A DNA stretch of 64,000 bases from an uncultured Gammaproteobacteria bacterium (lineage in GTDB: Bacteria; Patescibacteriota; Patescibacteriia; UBA9934): contig CAZKGL010000001.1 in NCBI GenBank assembly GCA_964552565.1, positions 237,113 to 301,112 of the forward strand, in the 5' to 3' direction. The translations under genes and the position numbers were made by a program. Numbering within the stretch: the stretch's first letter is position 1; the number at the start of each line of letters is the position of its first letter. The notes beneath the pieces are model-generated. The model saw nothing but the letters and a program-made list of their open reading frames with translations, did no database searches and had not been told where the DNA came from. Shown here one piece after another: positions 59,250 through 64,000 of this stretch.

Positions 59250-59252
59250 CCT

Positions 59253-59849
59253 ATGCGCAAATTAAGTAGTGAGACAAAGATGGGCCAGGTTCTAGAAACC
59301 GCAAATTATATCTCACGCTTAATTTCTCAGATAGAACAGGGGGATCTTGATGCGGCAAGAAGTCTTGCGACAAACGTCTCGAAAGTTCTTCTTAAGGACA
59401 AGTATGCCAGGACATCACGCCTGTCCGACCTTGCAACCGAAGTTGGTGTCCCGTTGAACGTTTTCTTCAAGCCACCCGTCGATACCGTGCAAAAACTTGC
59501 AAGGATTGGGATCCCGGCCCCTACGATTGTGTACGAAGGAGAAACGTTCTCGTGTGAGCCCACTGAACCGTGGCAGGTCCAGACTTCCCTTGAAGAATTC
59601 CTGGGTTCGCGTTGCTTCTGGATTAAAGGAACAGAGATTTCATTCGAAACGGTTCTGAAGACTGTGCGAGATAAGTTGGATGCGCACTTAGACGACGCAC
59701 TACCCGATGAGTACATTCTTATGCAGGGGGTCGGCATCGGAGGTGCGCAAGGTTACGGGAGGCCTATCTACGCCCTGGGTAAATTGACCCTTGAGTTAAT
59801 CGATGTGGTGTATGGAGGATGGAAGATGCGCTACGGCGAGCTTCGATAG
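59253..59849 (+). CDS. Hypothetical protein encoded in a low-GC (about 50%) segment inserted after dnaK
   Basis: ORF of 198 aa. Its nucleotide composition is clearly lower in GC than the flanking sequence. Alternative start at 59280. Confidence 0.5.
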   Translation: MRKLSSETKMGQVLETANYISRLISQIEQGDLDAARSLATNVSKVLLKDKYARTSRLSDLATEVGVPLNVFFKPPVDTVQKLARIGIPAPTIVYEGETFSCEPTEPWQVQTSLEEFLGSRCFWIKGTEISFETVLKTVRDKLDAHLDDALPDEYILMQGVGIGGAQGYGRPIYALGKLTLELIDVVYGGWKMRYGELR

Positions 59850-60321
59850 ACAACCTACGGAGATTCACAGGCGCATCATCGCGTTATTAGATGAGAAGGA
59901 CGTCCAGTACACGACGGCGCATCATGACCCGACGTATACGAGCGAGCAAGCGTCACAGATGCGCAACGTCCCGATGCATGCCGGCGCAAAGGCGCTGGTG
60001 ATGCGCGGGAAGAAAACCGGGGCGCACTGGCTGTTCGTCATGCCGGCCGACCTTCGGCTCGACACGAAAAAGGCGCAAGCGGTCGTTGGCGAACCTGTCT
60101 GCTTTGCACCGGAACCCGAGGAAGTGACCGGGTGCGTGAAGGGGAGCGTGCCGCCGTTCGGGAGCGCCATCGGCCTGAAAACGTACTGCGACACGCGACT
60201 CGCCGAGAACGAAACGATCCATTTCAACGCCGGCAGCCTCACGGATTCCGTCTCGATGCGTTATCATGACTACGTCGCCATCGAGCAGCCGACACTTGTC
60301 GAGATTGCCGCAGCGGCCTAA
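59812..60321 (+). CDS. YbaK/ProX-type aminoacyl-tRNA deacylase domain protein
   Basis: YbaK domain pattern (HHDPTYTSEQAS...GAKALVMRGKKTG...GSVPPFG). The start is uncertain: no in-frame ATG after the upstream stop, so the overlapping ATG at 59812 was used. Confidence 0.6.
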   Translation: MEDGRCATASFDRQPTEIHRRIIALLDEKDVQYTTAHHDPTYTSEQASQMRNVPMHAGAKALVMRGKKTGAHWLFVMPADLRLDTKKAQAVVGEPVCFAPEPEEVTGCVKGSVPPFGSAIGLKTYCDTRLAENETIHFNAGSLTDSVSMRYHDYVAIEQPTLVEIAAAA

Positions 60322-60332
60322 GGTCCCTCTCT

Positions 60333-61295
60333 ATGCGCAGATTCGAAACCGGAGGTTTCCTCCTCGGTGTCGTCGCCGTCATGGCGGTCGCCACCTTCGC
60401 GTACATCGGCTTCATGCTTGCCCGTGACCCGCAGAAGGCGGAGACGGTGTCGGAAGGCATTGAAGAGGCGACCGAGACCACCGAGGTCGTGGCGGCGACG
60501 GAGGCGACTGCGGAGTCGCAGGCGCTCCACGACCGGTATGTCGCACTCGGGTACCCGGACGACGCCGCATTGCCGGCGGAGTTCGTTGCGGAAATCCTCG
60601 TCGCGTACGAGTCTGGGAAGCTCCCGGTGGTCGACCAGCTCGCGCACGGCGACGACGGCAATTACGCCGTCATCGTCTCGGCGGCGGAGATCGGTGCGCC
60701 CAATCCGAATTACTGCGGCCTCTACGGCCAAGATGTCTGCTTCTTGCTCTACCATGATGACGAGGGGACCGAGGTATTGACGGTATTCGACGCGATCCGC
60801 GGAAGCCCGCAGGCGACCATGGGCAGCCCGATCCTCGAAGAGTTCCTTGGCGACGGCTCGTTGCTTGTCGTCGCGGCGTCCGGCGACGGACCGGAGGTGA
60901 ACGAAAAGGGATATGCGGTCGTGCCGGGGTCGCCGGGGAACGTGTTCGAAGTCGCTGCGGTCAGCATGACGCTGTCGCCGCCGCTGCGGGCCACCGTCTC
61001 GGTTCGCGGCGAGGCCGAGCACGCGCTGACATTCGCCATGGAAGAAACCGGGCAGAAAGTCGCCGGCGACCTCGTCATCACCGACATGCGCATTGCGGTG
61101 TCCGATGACAGCGGCGACCTTGGCGTTCTCGAAGGTTCGTACAACGCGGACACGGAGACCGCAGTCAGCGTCGACTACGCGAAGACGTTTTCGGACAGTC
61201 TGTTCGTCATCGACGACCGCTTCGGCATCAACGTCTGGGTGCTCGGCACCCTGTACCGGTACGACGGCAGTACGTTTACTGAAGTCACTGAATAA
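60333..61295 (+). CDS. Hypothetical membrane-anchored protein
   Basis: N-terminal TM (FLLGVVAVMAVATFAYIGFML), acidic linker, about 250-aa extracytoplasmic domain. Confidence 0.5.
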   Translation: MRRFETGGFLLGVVAVMAVATFAYIGFMLARDPQKAETVSEGIEEATETTEVVAATEATAESQALHDRYVALGYPDDAALPAEFVAEILVAYESGKLPVVDQLAHGDDGNYAVIVSAAEIGAPNPNYCGLYGQDVCFLLYHDDEGTEVLTVFDAIRGSPQATMGSPILEEFLGDGSLLVVAASGDGPEVNEKGYAVVPGSPGNVFEVAAVSMTLSPPLRATVSVRGEAEHALTFAMEETGQKVAGDLVITDMRIAVSDDSGDLGVLEGSYNADTETAVSVDYAKTFSDSLFVIDDRFGINVWVLGTLYRYDGSTFTEVTE

Positions 61296-61303
61296 TCTCT
61301 CGC

Positions 61304-61690
61304 ATGAACCCGCAAAAAGAATACGCGCTCCTGTGTGAATTCCTGACGCAGTCCGCGAACGGCTTGTACAGTTACCTGCATGTGTTCGACCGCACCAACT
61401 TCAAGGAGGGCGCGCCGCTCATGCTGAACGCCAACCTCGCGGTGCGCTTCCGTGGCATGCCGGACGGCGCGAACCTCGAAATCTACATGACCGACGACAC
61501 GAACACGCTGCTCGACAAAGGCACGGTGTTCAAACAGCAGGTGAAGGGCAGCAACGTGCATATCATCGCGAAGATCCGCGGTCTCGTCGTGCCGCGTCAC
61601 GGCGAGTACCGCTTCGCCGCGCGCATCGACGGGGGCGAGCCGGTCGCGTTGTGCGCGTGGATGGCGGACAAAGCCCCGGTGTCCTCGTGA
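61304..61690 (+). CDS. Hypothetical protein (128 aa)
   Basis: ORF with normal composition. Confidence 0.45.
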   Translation: MNPQKEYALLCEFLTQSANGLYSYLHVFDRTNFKEGAPLMLNANLAVRFRGMPDGANLEIYMTDDTNTLLDKGTVFKQQVKGSNVHIIAKIRGLVVPRHGEYRFAARIDGGEPVALCAWMADKAPVSS

Positions 61691-61691
61691 T

Positions 61692-61853
61692 ATGCTGATC
61701 CGCCGTCTGCTTGTTCGTACATTCTCGGCAATCTTCTCGGCGCTGTTGTGGTTGCTGACATTCAAGCGCGTCCGCTCCTGGCTTTGGCGCCGGGTGACGC
61801 GTCCGCCAAAGGCAGGGAAGGTGATCGATGCGGAAGGAAAGGTCATCGAGTAG
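61692..61853 (+). CDS. Small membrane peptide (53 aa), not in ORF track
   Basis: ATG 1 nt after the upstream stop. Hydrophobic helix FSAIFSALLWLLTF. Confidence 0.3.
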   Translation: MLIRRLLVRTFSAIFSALLWLLTFKRVRSWLWRRVTRPPKAGKVIDAEGKVIE

Positions 61854-61871
61854 GACACCCGCTCGTTTGCT

Positions 61872-62927
61872 ATGGCAAAAGATTATTACGCAATGTTGGG
61901 TATCACGAAGTCCGCGAGTCAGGACGAGATTAAGGCCGCGTTTCGCAAGCTCGCGCACCAGCATCACCCGGACAAGGGCGGCGACGAGGCGAAGTTTAAG
62001 GAGATCAACGAGGCATACCAGATTCTTGGCGACGAAAAGAAGCGCGCACAGTACGACCAGTTTGGCGGTGCGGCGTTTGACGGTACCGGCAACTTCAACG
62101 GGGGTTTCGGCGGTTTCGGCCAAGGATTCGACCCCTCGATGTTTGGCGACCTCGGCGATATCCTGGGCGGCATGTTTGGCGGCATGGGGGGCGGGACGCG
62201 GCGCGCACGCGGCGGCGACATCGCGGTCGACGTCGCGCTGAGTTTTAAGGAGGCGGTGTTCGGCGTGGAAAAAGAGATCCCGCTCAACAAGTCGTTTGCG
62301 TGCGACCGTTGCGGCGGCGTCGGCGCGGAGCCGGGGACGGGCATGAAGAAATGCCACACCTGCAACGGCCAAGGCTACACCGTCGGTGCGCAGCGCACGG
62401 TGTTTGGCACCATGCAAACGCGCAGCGCATGCGGTACGTGCCACGGCCGCGGCGAAATCCCGGAAAAGCCGTGCAGCACCTGCAGCGGCAGCGGCGTCGT
62501 GCACACCCGCAAGACGATCCGCGTCGACATCCCACCTGGCGTCGAGGACGGCGTGCAGATCCGCGTGCGCGGGCAAGGAGAGGCGATCGGGGCGGCAGGC
62601 GAACCGGGCGACCTGTACCTGCAGGTCCACGTGCAGTCCGACCCGCGCTTCACGCGGGAAGGTGCTACAATTTACGTCACGAAGCCGGTTGGCTTTACGC
62701 AGGCCGCGCTCGGCGACGAGGTCGAAGTCGACACGGTTGACGGGAAGGTCAGCATGAAGATCCCGCCCGGAACGCAATCCGGCGACGAGTTGCGCTTGCG
62801 CGGCAAGGGCGTTGCAATCGGACGCGGGCGCGGCGACCAGATCGTCGTCATCCAGGTCGTGACCCCGAAAAAGCTTGGACGCAAGGAGCGGGAACTGCTC
62901 GAAGCATTGAATCTGCGCGAATCGTAA
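61872..62927 (+). CDS. dnaJ: Molecular chaperone DnaJ (short, 351 aa)
   Basis: J domain with HPD (HHPDKGG), G/F region, four CxxCxGxG zinc-finger repeats, C-terminal domains. Confidence 0.95.
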   Translation: MAKDYYAMLGITKSASQDEIKAAFRKLAHQHHPDKGGDEAKFKEINEAYQILGDEKKRAQYDQFGGAAFDGTGNFNGGFGGFGQGFDPSMFGDLGDILGGMFGGMGGGTRRARGGDIAVDVALSFKEAVFGVEKEIPLNKSFACDRCGGVGAEPGTGMKKCHTCNGQGYTVGAQRTVFGTMQTRSACGTCHGRGEIPEKPCSTCSGSGVVHTRKTIRVDIPPGVEDGVQIRVRGQGEAIGAAGEPGDLYLQVHVQSDPRFTREGATIYVTKPVGFTQAALGDEVEVDTVDGKVSMKIPPGTQSGDELRLRGKGVAIGRGRGDQIVVIQVVTPKKLGRKERELLEALNLRES

Positions 62928-62928
62928 T

Positions 62929-63630
62929 ATGGCGACACTGCTCGTCCTGCACGGCTGGGGGCACCACAAAGGAATGTGGACGTCGTTTGCGTCCATGATG
63001 CAGCCGGCGCTCCCGACGGTCGTCCTCGACCTGCCGGGTTTCGGCGACGAGCCGCTTGTTGACGCGAACTGGCAGATTCCCGACTACGCCCGTTGGGTCG
63101 CGGACGAGGTTGCGAAGCGCGGGCTCACGGATGTCATCATGCTCGGTCATTCGTTTGGCGGGCGGATCGCCGCATCTCTCGCCGCACAGCGACCGTCATG
63201 GCTCTGCGGACTCATCTTGTACGGCGCGCCGTGCCTGTACCGGCCGACTGCGCGCGTCGCGCTCCAAAATAGCGTTGCCCGGGTTCTCGGCCGCTTGCCG
63301 ATCCCCGCGTCGCTGCGCGCGATGGCGCGGAACGACGAAGACCGGGCGGCGCATGACGGCGGCCTCGGCGCCGTCTTCCGCAACACCGTGCGCTTCGACC
63401 AGACGTCGACCTTGCCGCGCATCGCCGTGCCGACGCTCCTCGTGTGGGGCGCGGAGGACGCGGACGTACCGCTTGGCATCGCGCGTGCAATGCTGGCGCT
63501 CATCCCGGGCGCAGCACTCGAGGTCATCGACCGCGCCGGTCACAACGCCCACCTTGACCAACCCGTGCTGTTTTACGGCATCATCACCCGCTATGTCGAA
63601 GCGCTCACGTCCGCTCATCCCGCTGCGTGA
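62929..63630 (+). CDS. Alpha/beta hydrolase fold protein
   Basis: LVLHGWG, nucleophile elbow GHSFGG. ATG overlaps the dnaJ stop region. Confidence 0.7.
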   Translation: MATLLVLHGWGHHKGMWTSFASMMQPALPTVVLDLPGFGDEPLVDANWQIPDYARWVADEVAKRGLTDVIMLGHSFGGRIAASLAAQRPSWLCGLILYGAPCLYRPTARVALQNSVARVLGRLPIPASLRAMARNDEDRAAHDGGLGAVFRNTVRFDQTSTLPRIAVPTLLVWGAEDADVPLGIARAMLALIPGAALEVIDRAGHNAHLDQPVLFYGIITRYVEALTSAHPAA

Positions 63631-64000
63631 TTTTCTCTACATCCTGCAGCTTGAGGAATACGAGACGCTGCAGTACGCGCGGAGCGCCCGCCGGCTGTGG
63701 TGGGGGCATCATTTCGAGCGGCGTGACCGGCTCCGCTTTACCGCCCGCGCCAAGGCGACGTTCGCGGTTTCCGTCGTGCTCTTTATCGCGCTTGTGCTCC
63801 TGGCGGGCGTTCTTGCGAAAGGCCATGGTCTTGTCATGCTGGGATCGGCGGTCATTGGGTCGCTCCTGACGCCGCTCATCGTTGGCGTTGCCAACGTCCT
63901 GCTCCTGCCGGTGACCGCCGTCGCGAAGTGGCGCGTCGTCCGCGCGGCGTCGAAACGCATGGCGCACGCCGGCGGCAAGGCGACGGTCGTCGCGGTGGCG
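63593..64000 (+). CDS. Hypothetical membrane protein, N-terminal part; the 3' end runs off the window
   Basis: Open frame from ATG 63593 (MSKRSRPLIPLRDFLYILQLEEYETLQY...) to the window end, with hydrophobic helices. Not in the track because it is truncated. Confidence 0.4.
   Translation, partial: MSKRSRPLIPLRDFLYILQLEEYETLQYARSARRLWWGHHFERRDRLRFTARAKATFAVSVVLFIALVLLAGVLAKGHGLVMLGSAVIGSLLTPLIVGVANVLLLPVTAVAKWRVVRAASKRMAHAGGKATVVAVA

Noticed and set aside
63627-63869. Track ORF 63627..63869 (80 aa)
   Set aside because: It is Arg/Ser-rich junk. The frame starting at ATG 63593 gives a membrane-protein-like sequence and is preferred.

Overview
High-GC (about 65%) bacterial chromosomal segment, densely packed with housekeeping genes on both strands. 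Genes in order: a 5' partial ABC-F ATPase (minus strand), tRNA-Gln, a DUF362 protein, archaeal-type NMN adenylyltransferase, uvrB, uvrA, an orphan Cys-rich peptide plus ACP-like carrier protein, a short uvrC, mraZ-rsmH-ftsL, gpmI, nth, a sugar nucleotidyltransferase, mltG, uvrD/pcrA, malic enzyme, ugd, a giant tandem-repeat surface protein and a smaller paralog, a LOG-family protein, a GH5-like hydrolase, a disulfide oxidoreductase, DoxX, a methyltransferase, a DEDDy exonuclease, two tandem DUF3592 paralogs, class II (B12-dependent) ribonucleotide reductase nrdJ, a REP/RAYT 'REPtron' with a PPC-domain gene, a cob(I)alamin adenosyltransferase, PBP2, glmS (minus strand), tRNA-Glu, a Zn-metallopeptidase, an orphan B12-binding radical SAM enzyme, an HNH-like protein, a CPA2 antiporter, and hrcA-grpE-dnaK followed by a low-GC insert, a YbaK-like deacylase, three hypotheticals and dnaJ. 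Many proteins are short for their families (UvrC 447 aa, DnaJ 351 aa, HrcA 240 aa), which suggests a reduced genome, possibly Patescibacteria/CPR-like, but this is weakly supported. Notable non-genic structure: a REP palindrome family (GACGGGG-tccccgca-CCCCGTC) that flanks a RAYT transposase and also sits in-frame inside nrdJ, uvrD, grpE and the RAYT gene itself. An NrdR-box-like palindrome lies in the nrdJ leader. Several terminator sequences recur as exact repeats. A near-identical promoter module follows both tRNAs. TGnTATACT extended -10 boxes sit 9-16 nt from start codons, implying leaderless or near-leaderless mRNAs. No rRNA or CRISPR array is present. Long antisense ORFs in the track are high-GC artifacts.
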